Below, piece by piece: positions 12,499-25,901 of a stretch of 64,000 nucleotides of DNA. A model generated the notes under the pieces. That model was not told the origin of the DNA and made no database searches. It saw only the letters and a program-made list of their open reading frames with translations. Source of the DNA: Octopus vulgaris (lineage: Eukaryota); NCBI GenBank assembly GCA_951406725.2, contig OX597821.1, positions 81,716,001 through 81,780,000 on the forward strand, given 5' to 3'. Position 1 is the stretch's first letter. The number at the start of each line of letters is the position of its first letter. A program made the position numbers and the translations under genes.

Positions 12499-12701
12499 GT
12501 CTGTGTTTGTCCCCCTAGCATTGCTTGACAACCGATGCTGGTGTGTTTACGTCCCCGTCACTTAGCGGTTCGGCAAAAGAGACCGATAGAATAAGTACTG
12601 GGCTTACAAAGAATAAGTCCCGGGGTCGATTTGCTCGACTGAAGGCGGTGCTCCAGCATGGCCGCAGTCAAATGACTGAAACAAGTAAAAGAGTAAAAGA
12701 G
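12291..12701 (+). mobile_element. Young full-length tRNA-derived CORE-like SINE with internal microsatellite and CR1-type tail
   Basis: A box TGGCTGTGTGG, B box GGTTCAGTCCC, CORE-like TGGCATCTTGGGCAAGTGTC, (AT)/(GT) linker, and tail GGCGGTGCTCCAGCATGGCCGCAG..GTAAAAGA. CpGs are retained. Confidence 0.9.
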
Positions 12702-13084
12702 TATACATAACATAGTGAGGGTGTGTGTTCGTGCGTGCATTCATACACACACATTGTGAATGTTCAACTGGAGTCAAACCGTAAGAAAAGGCCATCAAAT
12801 CAGACAGCCAAGACCAGAAACCTATTCACAGAACATCTCTTTGTGTTGTTCTCCTTCAGTGCTTTCCATCCATTTGTCATTGGTGAAAAGAGTTTTACAG
12901 CAATAGACATTTACATAAGAATTGTCAGAGCAAATAATTTTACAGAGAGACGTCTCTGTCCCTTTCCACCACAAACCATTGAGCTGTGAAGTATAAAGAG
13001 TAGCTATTTCTTGCTAAGCAATCCAAGGTAAAATAGATTATTGTACCTTTTGCATTAAAAATACTACATAAAAAATGTCAATGA

Positions 13085-13280
13085 AGGAGCCTCTATGCAA
13101 GTTGTTTAATCTGCTGGAAATAGCAACCAAATTTTCCTTGAATCACAGCCTACACTCTTGTAGGACACAATAGGCAAGGTAGCCCTTGATATATGGAAGG
13201 ACAGGGAAGTTGTAACTGGAATGCTTTTCATACAAGGATCTACTCATTCAGAAATGACTGGGGGGGGTCTAAACAACATT
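13085..13280 (+). repeat. Unclassified ~200-bp dispersed repeat (family E)
   Basis: Pattern GAAATAGCA.CCAAAT.T.CCT..AATCAC..GGACAC.TT.GAT..GGAATGC.TTT..GACCTGGGGCTAAACAAC. Related copies near 18170, 22447(-), 26648, 30720, 32580(-), 35860 and 52140. Confidence 0.7.
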
Positions 13281-15052
13281 AATATCACAATACACACACA
13301 CACACACATATATATATATCATCATCATCATCTTCATTCTCCATGCTGGCATGGATTGGATGGTTTGACTATACTGGGGACTATACCAGGTTCCCATCTG
13401 ATCTGGCATGCTTTCTACAGCTGAATTCCCTTCCTAAAGCTATACACATGAAGGAAAACAAATTTTACACACACTCATAGACAGTATTATCATCATTAAA
13501 TACAAACAGGATGATATATATTTTCTTCCACAAAAACAACTTGTTGGTCTGTCTCATGATTCTGGCAGACAAAAAGGATGAAGTGTTGCCTGGGAGATGT
13601 CCTGGAAGCTGGAACAGCCACTCCAACTCATGGGATTCACACTTGCACACAGCCGTCTCTGCCATCCTATAGTATGCCTTAACCTGTGGACTTTTTACTG
13701 TTTTATAAGGTCACTTGTATGTTATGCTTTAACTTGTACCAAAGAGATAAGGAGCGTAAATTGCCTCTGTCTCTTAGTCACTTGATGATACATATGCCAT
13801 GCAGTCATCACAGAGCTGACTAAGTTGTGGAAGAGGGGTCTATGATAGTTGATTCATAAGAGAAGAGAAGAAAGTATGCAGAATTAGGGGAATAATGTAA
13901 AGGAAATGTAATGCAAAGTGAAAATGGGATTTGATGACATTCATGCTATTCAAATCATCATTGTTTCAATGCTTTTTTGTTTCTCCATGTTCACACAAGT
14001 TGAAGAGAATTTGTTGAAGTAGATTTTCTATGACCAGATACCCTGCTTATCGCCACCCTCACATTTCCAAGTGAGGTTTTTATTCCTCATGGTTGCACGC
14101 ATTTCTATGGAAGATAGAAAATGTGGGACACCGCTTGTATGAGAGTGATATTCATTTACATCTCTACAACATGTCAAGAGAAAGAGACAGAAACACATGT
14201 GTGTGTGTGTGTGTGCACTCTCACACACATACACAGCAGGCTTCTTTCAGTTTCTGTCTATCAAATCTACTAACAAGGCTTTGGTTGGCCTGAGACTATA
14301 GTAGCATATACTAGCTCAAGGTGCCACATAGTGGGACTGAACTCAAAACCATGTGGTTGGGAAGTGAATTTTTTAACTATACACCATGCTGGTGCCTACA
14401 TACACACACAAACATACATATTTGAATTTAATGGCCACACACGAGCTGAGCTAAAATCCTATAGCTGCTATCATTATGTTGTACTTCCTGACAAGGCCCA
14501 TAACTCTGTTTGCCTTAGGCCATCTGACATGTAAGAGGTCAGCAGAAGGAATTTTTTTACAGCTGCAAAACAATTGCTCCAGCAGTATAGAAATGTACAA
14601 AGTTTTGGAGACCATCCCAGTCATGTTAGAATGGAAAATGCATATAAAAACAGGAATTGCTTTCTGAAATGTCTTGTAAAGGTTTAAAACATAAATTTTG
14701 CACTTCATTTTTAATTCCAGGTTAAAACCCAAATCAATAGATCTATAATCAAAGATTAACTTATCCAATGTATCTCTGACACATCTTTAAGACAGTAGAG
14801 TATTGTCTAGGATATCTGGTTGCTATTTCTAACAGGTTACACCACTAGATAGAGACTACATTATTACTCTGTTGGTTATTGTTTTAGATTAGAATGAAAA
14901 TATGTCCAATGGAGACTATTAACAAACAACATGATTGTTATGTTATTAATAATATTAAGCATAACAGTTTTTGACATGAAAATAATGTTAATGATAACAG
15001 CATGAGAGTGTGTGCATCTACCAATCTACACACACGCATACACAAATGATTT

Positions 15053-15107
<55 letters not shown>

Positions 15108-15228
15108 TGCAATCTGATCCAAAAGTATATGAGCCGAAATTAGGTGGCCTAACTTTCAGCTTTCATCCTGACATAATGGATCCTCTGAAAAAATTGGTCT
15201 TCTACCCAGTCAAAAGGAATCTATGTGA

Positions 15229-15268
<40 letters not shown>

Positions 15269-15430
15269 CATGTAACAAAGTCGGTAAAGAATGAATAGGG
15301 GGAGACTTCATATCAACAAACAACAAAGAGATTTCTTAATTAATCCAACTGAATGAACAAACTAAGGAGCATACAGTGTGTGTGTGTGTGTGCATAGGCA
15401 TGTGCATACGTGTGTGTGTATGAGAGAGAG

Positions 15431-15471
<41 letters not shown>

Positions 15472-16034
15472 TCAATGCTATACCACTTAATTATAGGTCC
15501 ATTCAGATCAGAGAGTGTAGTAGACTGAATTAGTCATTCTTAGTAGACAAGAATTAACAGTAACACCTCTACTGCCACCACTACAACAGCCAGCTCATTA
15601 ACATTGTCACCACTACAACTGCTAATCTACACAGTACTAATCTACATCATCATCATTATTATCACCATCAATACCATCACAGTAGCAAACAATGAATTTA
15701 CCTATTAAAAAATGAAAGCATTGTGAATAACACCATCAAAAATTAGTCTTACACCAACTCTTCAGAGATAACTAACCACAAAAATGCAATTATGTTGGTA
15801 TTGGATTATCTGAGAAATAATTTATATTTTTGAGTGACCTATTTCGTTCAACACTGAGATAAGAAAATTACTTGTTTTACAATGCACATGCAACTGCAAA
15901 GGTGCATGTGCATTGCCAGGAGTTTAAACATACAATAAATATTTACCAAGTATTTTTTTGATAGCAAGAAGACTATCTTTGTCCCTCTATTATACTCTAA
16001 TCTCTTGGTTCCACTTCCTCTCTCAGCTGAGAGG

Positions 16035-16540
16035 GCTTTGTCTTGTGAGCTTGCAGGTGCTGATGCCACTTACAAAACAACGTGCTGCTTCCATGTACAG
16101 AGCACCTGTAATAGTGCAACATAAAAAGCACCCACGCTGGTGCCATGTAAAAAAAGCACACAGCAATTGTGCTGGTGTCAGACAAAAAGTACTTGTGCTG
16201 GTGGTACGTAACAAGCACCTGTGTTGGTGCCACGTAAAATGCACTCGTGCTGGTGCCACATAAAACTCATTCATGCTGGTACCATGTAAAAAGCACCTAT
16301 GCTAGTGCCATGTATCAAGCACTGGTGCTGGTGCCATATTAAAAGCACCCAGTGCCTTCTGTAAAGTGGTTGACATTAGGAAGGGCATCCAGCCATAGAA
16401 ACCATGCCGAAACAAACGATTAGTGCTCTACAGCCCATGCCAGAATGGAAGACATCACATATATATATACATACACACATATATATATATATATATATGC
16501 TAGCATGGAGAACGGACGTTAAACGACGATGATGATGATA
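16035..16540 (+). mobile_element. RTE-tail element with an internally expanded ~25-bp minisatellite
   Basis: About 11 degenerate units of GTGCTGGTGCCATGTAAAAAGCAC, followed by the standard tail ending GGACGTTAAACGACGATGATG. Confidence 0.8.
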
Positions 16541-16993
16541 TATATATATATATATATATACATACACATATACATACACACACACACATATTAGGGATGT
16601 GCCCACCTAGGTATGCAAGGTAGGCAGTGCCTACCTTGAATAAAATAGATTGATAGCAACATTTTCCATTTATGGCAAAATATGGACCTAATTTAATAAA
16701 ATTATGAAGGTTACTCTAATTACTATGCATAAAATGCAAAATATTCTAATTTTTGCAGATTAGATGGGCATATTTCGCCCCTGCTTTTCAATCTCAGTAT
16801 TTAAGCTATGCATAGAACTGCTGTGGTACACGTTCTGCCTACACTCCTACAACACCCATTTCTTTACGTGCTATAAAGGCAGAAGTAAATCTACCTTCAT
16901 CTCAGTCGTGCACCTGTGTTTCACTAATTTTTGTGTGTTTTACTACATCAATATCACCAACTGTCTACCCTAAGTAATTACTGACAGCATGTG

Positions 16994-17034
<41 letters not shown>

Positions 17035-17452
17035 CACACACACACACATATGTAATCATTTAACACATGTTCCATGCTGGCATGGACTGGATGCTTTGAC
17101 AGGTTCTGATGGGCCCAAGGACTGCATCGTGTTTCAGCGTTTGCTTTGGCATGGTTTCTGCATGGTGTGTTTCCTAATGCCAACCACTTTATAGCATGTA
17201 CTGGATGCCAACCAGGGATGCAAAAGTTGGTGGTTTGCGTAGGTATGTGTAAGTGTGTGTGTGTGTAGATGTATATATATATATCAAAATAAGTGTATAT
17301 ATATATATATATCAAAACATGGACATCCAAAAGTATTACCTCTGGATATCCTTGTTGCTTTTTTTAAAATTTTAATCACCTTATTTTGAAATTGTATGGG
17401 TAATACCGTACTAAATTCAGGTGCCTCAACTTATGTACCATATTCATCTGAA

Positions 17453-17512
<60 letters not shown>

Positions 17513-17660
17513 TGTGTGTCTATGTATAGATTGGTTATACAACTACAAATGAGACTACTCAATATAATGTATGGTGTTTTTGTGGTATTTCAAGTGATAA
17601 TCCTCAGTTTTTTAACATGAGATTAGACTTATAACTGTATGAAACCTTAAACTTTAAACA

Positions 17661-17693
<33 letters not shown>

Positions 17694-19350
17694 CTGTCAA
17701 AATTAAATGACTATCAAAGTCCAAACTAAAAATATTGAAGGTTAACTTTTGAATAGCAGAGTGCAGCTTTTCCGTCTCTACCTATCTATTTCTCTTCATC
17801 TCTTGAGAATCAACAACAGTCTCCCAGCTGACACCTGTCCAGAGCACTTGATTCATGTTGAAGTTATCTGAAACCACAGCTGAGATTTACATAAGGAGGT
17901 CATGGAGCCAAAATATTCCTCTGACATCAACCCTTAAATCGTTTGACTCTGTGACATATTTCAGACATTGGCATCTGGTAGGGGAAGGAGAGATATTTAA
18001 AGAAAACTATGTTTTTTTTTCAATTGTTTTCCTCCTCCTCCTCCACATCATCATCACCAATGACATAACTAGAGCAGAGGACATTTTCATGGGTTTCTGC
18101 TTCTTGTTACAACTACCCCACCAAATGACTTCTAAAATGGTAATTGTATACCAACTGGATTAACCAAGAAGAAAGCTAATATGTGGCAGCTCAACTGGTT
18201 AGTAATAACAACCAAATTTTCCTCAAATCACATTCTTCCATCTTTAAGAAAAAACACACTGGGTAATGCAGAACAAGATTGCTATGGCTGGAATGCTTGA
18301 TTACCTGGGACTAAATGACAACAACAACTAGAACATTGGTATAAAAAAAAAGAAGCTCACTTCAACAACAAATTTGCTAGCAACAGTGAGAGTAAATGGA
18401 AAAACTTGTGGGTCGGAATAATTAAAGAGTTTGGTTTCTAGCATAGGCAGAAAGCCACATTTTCAGAAAGAGTGTCAGTCAATTACAGCAGCCCTACCAC
18501 CTGGCTGGTACCCCACTGACCATGGAACAAAGATGTTGAAGAGATTCATAAGAAATTGACCACATGACAAAGCCCACATAAACTCTGAAATTATAAGAGC
18601 ATAAGTTGAAACTTTGGCAGGTTTCAAATTTGGAACAACAAAATATTGCAAGAGAGTTAGTCAAATACTCTAGCGATTCTGCTAATCCACAATCCTTTGG
18701 GAGTAGAATTAATGATATTGATAGTGGTGTTGTGAAGTTTTACAAGAAGGAAATCAGTAAATTTGCTGTGTTTGTCCATTTTCAAAGAACATAAGTCAGT
18801 TATGTCGAATGAAAACAGCTCACACTGGGAATTAAACCTTAGCTGCCCATTTTAACAATTTATAGATTATGAAAAGCAAAGTCAAACTATAACTTGGACT
18901 CAGACATAGGGATATATCTATATATTGCAAAGATGCAAGCATGGCTGTGTGGTAAGTAGCTTGCTTCTTAGCCACATGGTTTCAGGTTCAATCCTACTGA
19001 GTGGCACCTTGGGCAACTGTCTTCTGCCTCGGGCTGACCGAAGCCTTGTTATTGAATTTAGCAAATGGAAGTTATCATTGTGTGCACACGTGCCTCCTAA
19101 CAGAGAGGAGTATGAGGCAGCTTGGCATAACCATTTTTGTGCCACTTATTTGGTGTTGCTGATTCAATGCTTATTTGGCATCAAACATTTTAAATATATT
19201 TCTCCTTTTTCCTTCCACATCTTTCTCCATTTTATGTGTGTAAGCATATTTCTTTATGAGGAATTGAACAGGTCAATCATGTTCAATTAATAAATTATGT
19301 CCCTCACTCTTTCTAAGTGTATGTATATATTTCTGAAAATATATGTATAC

Positions 19351-19457
19351 TTGCTGCCAACACTAAAAGAAAGAACTGCTGCCAAAACAGATTGAACGTC
19401 CAGTGAGCCATGCCAAATCATCAGCATCCACACAAATGAGTCCAATCACTTCATTCC
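19351..19457 (-). repeat. Copy 2 of the ~100-bp dispersed element
   Basis: Reverse complement aligns ungapped to 58139-58225 with 71/87 identities (manual count). Confidence 0.8.
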
Positions 19458-20706
19458 ATATTGGAAAATATTTTGCTCAGCACTCTGCTTATTCTGAGAC
19501 AAAACAGTACTAGTAATAATGGGTGCAAAATTTGGCATGGGGTCAGCAATTTCAGGGGATATGTTGATTACATTGACCCCAGAAATCAACAGGTGCTTAT
19601 TTCATCAATCATGAAACAATGAAGGATAACCCCCCCCCCCAGCAGAATTTGAATTTTGGAATATAAAGACAGATGAAATGCAGCTAAGAATTTTGCCTGG
19701 TGTACTGAAGTTTCTGCCAGTTCGTCACCTTTCAGTAATAACAATAATAACAATGAGTTCTTATTTTGGTACAGGAATACAAGTTTGTGAAGAAAAGCTG
19801 TAGGCCACTGAATCAAGTTCCGGTACACTAGTGATATTTAATTTATTCATCCCAAAGGCAAAAATCAATCTCATTGGAATTTGAACTCAGAAACATAACT
19901 AAATAGCAAAAAAGCGTTTTCCAACACTTTACTGGTTTTTCCACTCAGAAATACGGTGAAACTTAAACTTGCAGACAGACCTTCAGATATCATATCATAC
20001 TCAGCATAATTTACATGACATGATACAATGAAAATATTATGTTAAATGGCATAGCAATGCCAAATGGCTACAATGTTGTGCAGAAGCAAGCCAAAAAGAT
20101 AAGGAATTATGCAGACTAAGCTGATGAATTAAAGACAGTGAGAGAGTTAAGGAATGTGTCTGTGACAACCATTTGTAATTCACACTATCAGAAAGATAAA
20201 CAACCACCTCTGTTAAAGACATTGACAACTGACTTATAAAGATAGCCATAAGCATGTTCCAGGATGTAGTAATTCAAAGAACTATAATATATGCTGCTGG
20301 AGAATCCTCCTGCAGGATTTAATCTTTAACTGGTTTCAGTTACTGGAATGTGACAATGCTAGGGTATTACCTTTACGGTTAAGTCACATATCAACCCCAG
20401 TAATTAACAGGTAATTGTTTTATTGACCAAAGAACAGAAGAGAAAAAGTTCAGGGAACAACTGGCTCTGCTGGATGACTGCATGATGATGCTTGTCTACA
20501 ATGTGATAATGAAATGTTGGCTTCCAAATCAGGGGATTGATGAAGGTTGAAAAGAATGTTGACAGGCAAAGGTACTTTCCACAAGGCATTTTGTTCAATG
20601 GCCAATTAATTCAGACATCCCCTATCACCATAAAGCTTAAATGTATTTCCAAAATGAATCTTGTTCTAATTGATAAAAGGAAAGAAACTTTTGATGAATT
20701 TATTAA

Positions 20707-21002
20707 CCCCTTACCCGGCAGAAACGAATATATGCATTTTGACCGAAATCGTTTTTTTCCATCTCTGGCGAGTTAACTCGTCAAAAGATAGACTCGCCAA
20801 AATCGACAGCAAACGAGTTCCTTCGTCTAAAAACGGGTTAACTCGTTTCTGCCCAATGCCTTAATTTAAAATCAATAAAATTCATAATAAATAAGGTTTG
20901 AAATATACCTCGAAATCACCATTCAAAGCAGTAAAATAAAACAATTAAAAAATATGTCTGAAAAAAATACATTTATTTTCAAAATAATTGTTGGGTAAGG
21001 GG
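20707..21002. mobile_element. Young non-autonomous piggyBac-type element
   Basis: TTAA at 20703-20706 and 21003-21006. TIRs CCCCTTACCCGGCA / TGTTGGGTAAGGGG. CpG-rich, with internal CGAGTTAACTCG palindromes. Confidence 0.85.
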
Positions 21003-21539
21003 TTAAACCATGAATAATAAAAATAAAATTTATATTTTCTATCCAAGAGGTTTTTAAACCCAATATTTATACACTATTGTTTACAGCTTTGTCTGCCTCA
21101 AGACTCACCATCTCAAAGAAGAATTATTTCTCTCATTTATAAAGGCTTAAGATATAAATACTAATTTACTATTATTACAAGGGCTAATAATAATAATACT
21201 AAATACAGAAATTCCGGAATTTTTTTCAAGGAAACTTTGCAGAAATTCAGACCTATTATCACACACAAGCTTACAACTACTTTTAAAGAGAATCCCAGGC
21301 ACCTGAGAAAATTTATGCACCTTAATATAATTCTTAAAAAAATGAAATTCTCAGCTGATTTTAGATTGACTGCTACAAGTAGCTTTTTAATGAAATATCT
21401 GATATTCTTTTGTTGGTCCTTTATCCTCTCCACACCACCAACTATCTCTGTACTCAGTAGTCTCTCTGACCCAACACAGGACATAACAACTTTGGAAAAA
21501 TCCTGATTTTTATGACAAATTAAAATTTGAGAACCATGG

Positions 21540-22045
21540 ATTTTGGTGACCTAATAGCAGTGTTTTGAAAGCAGAGCCATGATAGCAAGAACAGGGTAGA
21601 AGAGTTCAGGAATTATTAAATCTGCTGGCAACATTTTCACCTTTAGAGTGAAAGGCAGCCAGCATGATGATGCTTATATGTGAAGCAGAGAAGCACTATG
21701 TTGCATAGTACAGAGATATTCGTTGTGGATGCAAAGAATTTGCAAAGTTTGAAAGGAAATAGTATGAGCATTCTCCATTGGGTATGTAATGTTAGGATGC
21801 ATGAATGATGGAGCAGAAATGAGGTGAGAGAAAAACTGGATATAAGCGGAATTGTATGTAGACTGCAAGGGAGAAAAGTATGTTTTTACAGGCATGTGAT
21901 GCATATAGAGGATGTCAGGTGTTTCCAAACAGATGGAACTTGTGGAATAGGAAGCCTTAACCTGACAAAGGAAATGATGGCTGATAAATGCTGTGCAAGA
22001 AAAGACCTGCTCAACCCATATAAGCAAAGGAAAAATGGATAAGAA
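21540..22045 (+). mobile_element. Degraded RTE-clade LINE ORF2 3' fragment
   Basis: Translates LRVKG..MLHSTE..ILHWVCNVRMHE..EVREKLDISGI..FYRHVMHIED, with stops and frameshifts. Homologous to 46636-47215. Confidence 0.75.
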
Positions 22046-22446
22046 ACAATAATGGTAGTGGTGGTGGTAATGGAAACTGAGATGTTATTAACATCTAGAT
22101 TTGGGTTTTTCTCAACCATTATATTCATATTAAGTCTTCACCTACTGCTCTCCCACTCTCTTCATTAATCTCTCATCTACAACTCACTCTATCTCCTTTT
22201 AATGTGCTCCCTCACTATCACTCCGTCTGTCTCTCTCTCTCAATGTCATCGGTTACATGTTAGTTAAATCCAATGAACATATATACACAGACTGACATAA
22301 TTAGTCTAAGGAGTGGTGAAGAAATACTTGGTTTGTATGTGTCTGTAGCTAAGGGAGGGCGACGATTGCATGCATAGACTATTTGTGCAGATTTATATTC
22401 ATATATTTGATGTAGATGTTGCTGTCTGTGTGGATCTGTGTTTAAT

Positions 22447-22630
22447 GGTTGCTATTTAGCTCCAGTCAACTCCTGAGCAGGAGTAATTTTTAAAGGCTTT
22501 CCATTTACGACCATCATGTCTTTTTGTACGTCTAAGACTATGTTATCCAATGTGACCCTTTTGAAGATGGTAGGAAGTAATTTGAAGGAGAACTGGCTGC
22601 TATTTGTAACAGATTGAGTGACCTCAACTA
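22447..22630 (-). repeat. Family E dispersed repeat copy (mimics an exon)
   Basis: Minus strand AAATAGCAGCCAG..CACATTGGATAACATAGTC..GATGGTCGT..GGAAAGCCTTT..GACTGGAGCTAAATAGCAAC is colinear with the other family E copies. Confidence 0.7.
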
Positions 22631-22646
22631 GGCTCAATATATAAAA

Positions 22647-22682
<36 letters not shown>

Positions 22683-23174
22683 CTGTGAGCGTGCTTCTCT
22701 GCACAAGCTGTGTACATATGTAAATGTATGCTTTTCTGTACAAGCTTTGTGCATGTGCGCTTGCATGCGTGTGTGGAGCGGGGTTGCAGTGATAATTACA
22801 TATATGTCCTCAGCTCTTTACATGAAAAAATTAACAAAACTCTTACATATAAGTGGGTGGGGATTTGTGGATCAATTAAAAGAAAACTTGTGTATGTATG
22901 CATGTAATATATATACATGAACACACACATACACAACACAATCCTATTCCTAACAGCAACATCTCCCACCACCACCGTATATGTAAGAAATGGGGAGGAG
23001 GACTTGCTAACATTATCTGACACCAAACATCTCTACCTCTAGTGGAAACGAGAAAACAAGTTTAATCAATTAAGGTCATTAAATGGAGTTGCTACAAGCA
23101 CTGTGTCGACAATTAACAAGGCTGGGGGTTTGAAGAGTACCCAACATGGGTACTGGGTGCTGTAGGATAATATA

Positions 23175-23540
23175 TTCTTTTATCTGTTTCAGTCATTTGA
23201 CTGTGGCCATGCTGGAGCACCGCCTTTAGTCAAACAAATCAACCCCAGGACTTGTTCTTTGTAAGCCTAGTACTTATATCGGTCTCTTTTGCCAAACCAC
23301 CAAGTTACAGGGATGTAAACACACCAGCATCTGTTGTCAAGCGATGGTGGGGGGGGGGACACAAACACAGACACACAAATACATATATGACAGGCTTCTT
23401 TTAGTTTCTATCTACCAAATCCACTCACAAGGCTTTGGTTGGCCCAAGGTTATAGCAGGAAACATTTGCTCAAGGTGCCACGCAATGGGACTAAACCTTG
23501 AACCATGTGGTTGGTAAGCAAGTTACTTACCACACAGCCC
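23175..23540 (-). mobile_element. CORE-like SINE (CR1-tail type)
   Basis: Reverse complement of 12291-12701. An older copy follows at about 23670-24047. Confidence 0.85.
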
Positions 23541-25901
23541 AGCTTTTCTTTCACACATTGTATATTAAAAATATGACCATGTTTAATTTGATAATCTCCT
23601 TGTTATTAAAGGTTTTTTTTTTGGGGGGGGGGTTATTAGTTCTTCATGTTTTGTTAGGAGCAATAAACTTCTTTTACTTGTTTCAGTCATTGGAACATGG
23701 CCATACTGGGGTACACCTTGAAGGGCTTAGTCAAACAAATCAACTCCAGTACTAATTTTTAAATATGGTACCTATTCTATTGATATCTTTTGCGGAACCA
23801 CTAAGTTACAGGGATGTAAACAAACCAGCACCAGTGGTCATGTGTTAGTGAGGAAACAAACACAAACAGCCTTATATATTCTATGGGTTTCTTCACAGTT
23901 TCCGTCTACCAAATTCACTCACAAGTGTTGGCTGGCCCGGGGGATCTATAGTAGATGATATTTGCTCAAGCTTGCTGCATAGTGGGACTGAACCCAAAAC
24001 CATGTGGTTGCAAAGCAAGCTTTCTAACCACATACCCATGCCTGCAACCATGTTCATAGACCTACTTTTCTGATACTTCAAGGCTTTCACAAACTCATTT
24101 TCAATATAAACTGTTGTTATGGTGAGTATTCTGCACGTTTTGTAGAAAGTCGCAAAAAGACTTGGGAATAATTTTAGAGCTGATAAAATCCTCAACATTG
24201 AATTTACAACTATATAATGGTAAGTTCTGACTGACAGCATGATATCACAAGTTATTCTTTTACATACGATGTATCTGTGTTTAATTTTGGTTTGTATTTT
24301 GCAAGTGGCAAAACTTTCATAGCTATTTTACACATATTTTGTGGAATTCTTGTAGTGCAATCAGGTAGCATTTCCCGACTGAATTATATTTTGCATATTG
24401 CTTTATAATCGGCTGCAATGATTCCTTTCAGTAAACATATAGTCAACTGATGAGAAAGTGCTATGAGAACATGTTTGGCCATGAAAAATACTACTTTGCT
24501 TTGAAAGAGGTGAAGGTTGGTGACAGGAAGGGCATCCAGCAATAAAAAAAATCTGCTTCAATAAACTTTGACTCATACAAGCATGGAAAAGTGGATGCTA
24601 AAATTACGAAGATAATGATAATTTAGGTCTCCTATTTGTTAAAAAATTTACAGGTCACAGAATCTGCTTATAGTCACTTTTAGTCTTTAATTTTCGGCTA
24701 GTGAAACACTGTGAATCACCAGAGAATTCAACTCATGACCTCTAGGTCACAGATTATTCAAATGATACATTGCACAAGAGACCCACCATAACTCCAATTT
24801 ACTTGTCTCATGCCACTCAAGCAGAAAATATTTCAAATTTTCAAGTTCATATATGGAGTGCCTTAACATATATACTGAACCCATAATGGACTCAGTCTGT
24901 GAGCTAGGTTTGACAGCTGGTCAAATATATTTCATTTACTATGTCCTTAGGAAAAGTTTGTAAGCCACAAACACTTATTTCATCTGGAAGTCAATAAGGT
25001 TGATTATGAAAGGTTTACTGTTTATTTATAATCTTCCAAACATGAGAACTGACAGCTCAATTTTTAGAGAAAAGAATCATACTGAAAGCAAACAAAAATG
25101 AATACTATTCTAATTCACTGATGAAAAACTGAAGCCTAAATCACAAACTTCATATATTTTCTTTATATAGAAGATACCTTTCATGTAACCAAAACACACT
25201 TGGGAAATGTAATCGAGTAGCTGCCATGTGTCCCAACAGGCTTGAAGTTGAAGACTGCCGTCAAGTCAGATGATCCATCTGATTAACCAGCAATAACGAG
25301 GTAATACAACTTGAAACTGGTGGCCACAGCAAGACTTCATAACCCAAGACATTTACAACATTGCTGAATTCTATAAGTCCCAGCAAATCCTTACAAAGAG
25401 AGGCTGTTGCTGGAGTTCCACTTGAAATGGAGATGTAACAAGCATTTCAGCACAGTAAACAGACATGAAAACCTGTCTTCTGAAGCATACACAATCTTTA
25501 TGGAACAGCAACCATAGAATATCTATAAGAGCTTAAGGACAAATAATCAGTGAACTAGGAACATGGAAGAAGGAAAAAATAGCTGAAGGATCAGGATTCT
25601 AATCTAAGGAATGTCGTCATACCAAAGGCTTATAACCAGGCTGGCATACCTAACAAGTTAAGCAGAGATTAAAGGAACCTCTGGTTCATGATTAACATCA
25701 AATTACTCACTAAAATATTATTTTTTAATTGTTTCAAGATTGTTTGTACAAAAATAGAAAGAGAAATTTGAAGAGATAAACTAAATAGTCTTATCAAACT
25801 AGAACAGTATTTAGTAGGTTTACAGAACTTATAAATATATTTATAAGCTCTGGACACAATTTTTCATGCCCTCACTTATCATTGTTATTTTCTTTGTGCA
25901 G

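Noticed and set aside
16055-16350. CRISPR-like array
   Set aside because: The units are degenerate and abut without unique spacers. No cas genes are present, and the unit derives from a LINE tail in eukaryotic DNA.
19370-19456. Three-copy element as a box C/D snoRNA (TGATGA, CTGA) or a reverse-transcriptase YADD remnant (DADDLA)
   Set aside because: Copies lie on both strands, the C box is broken in copy 3, and no terminal stem is evident. Substitutions are not synonymous-biased and copy 3 has a stop in that frame.
22452-22630. Protein-like terminal exon EVTQSVTNSSQFSFKLLPTIFKRVTLDNIVLDVQKDMMVVNGKPLKITPAQELTGAK*
   Set aside because: The DNA is colinear with the family E dispersed repeat, so the open frame is most likely chance.
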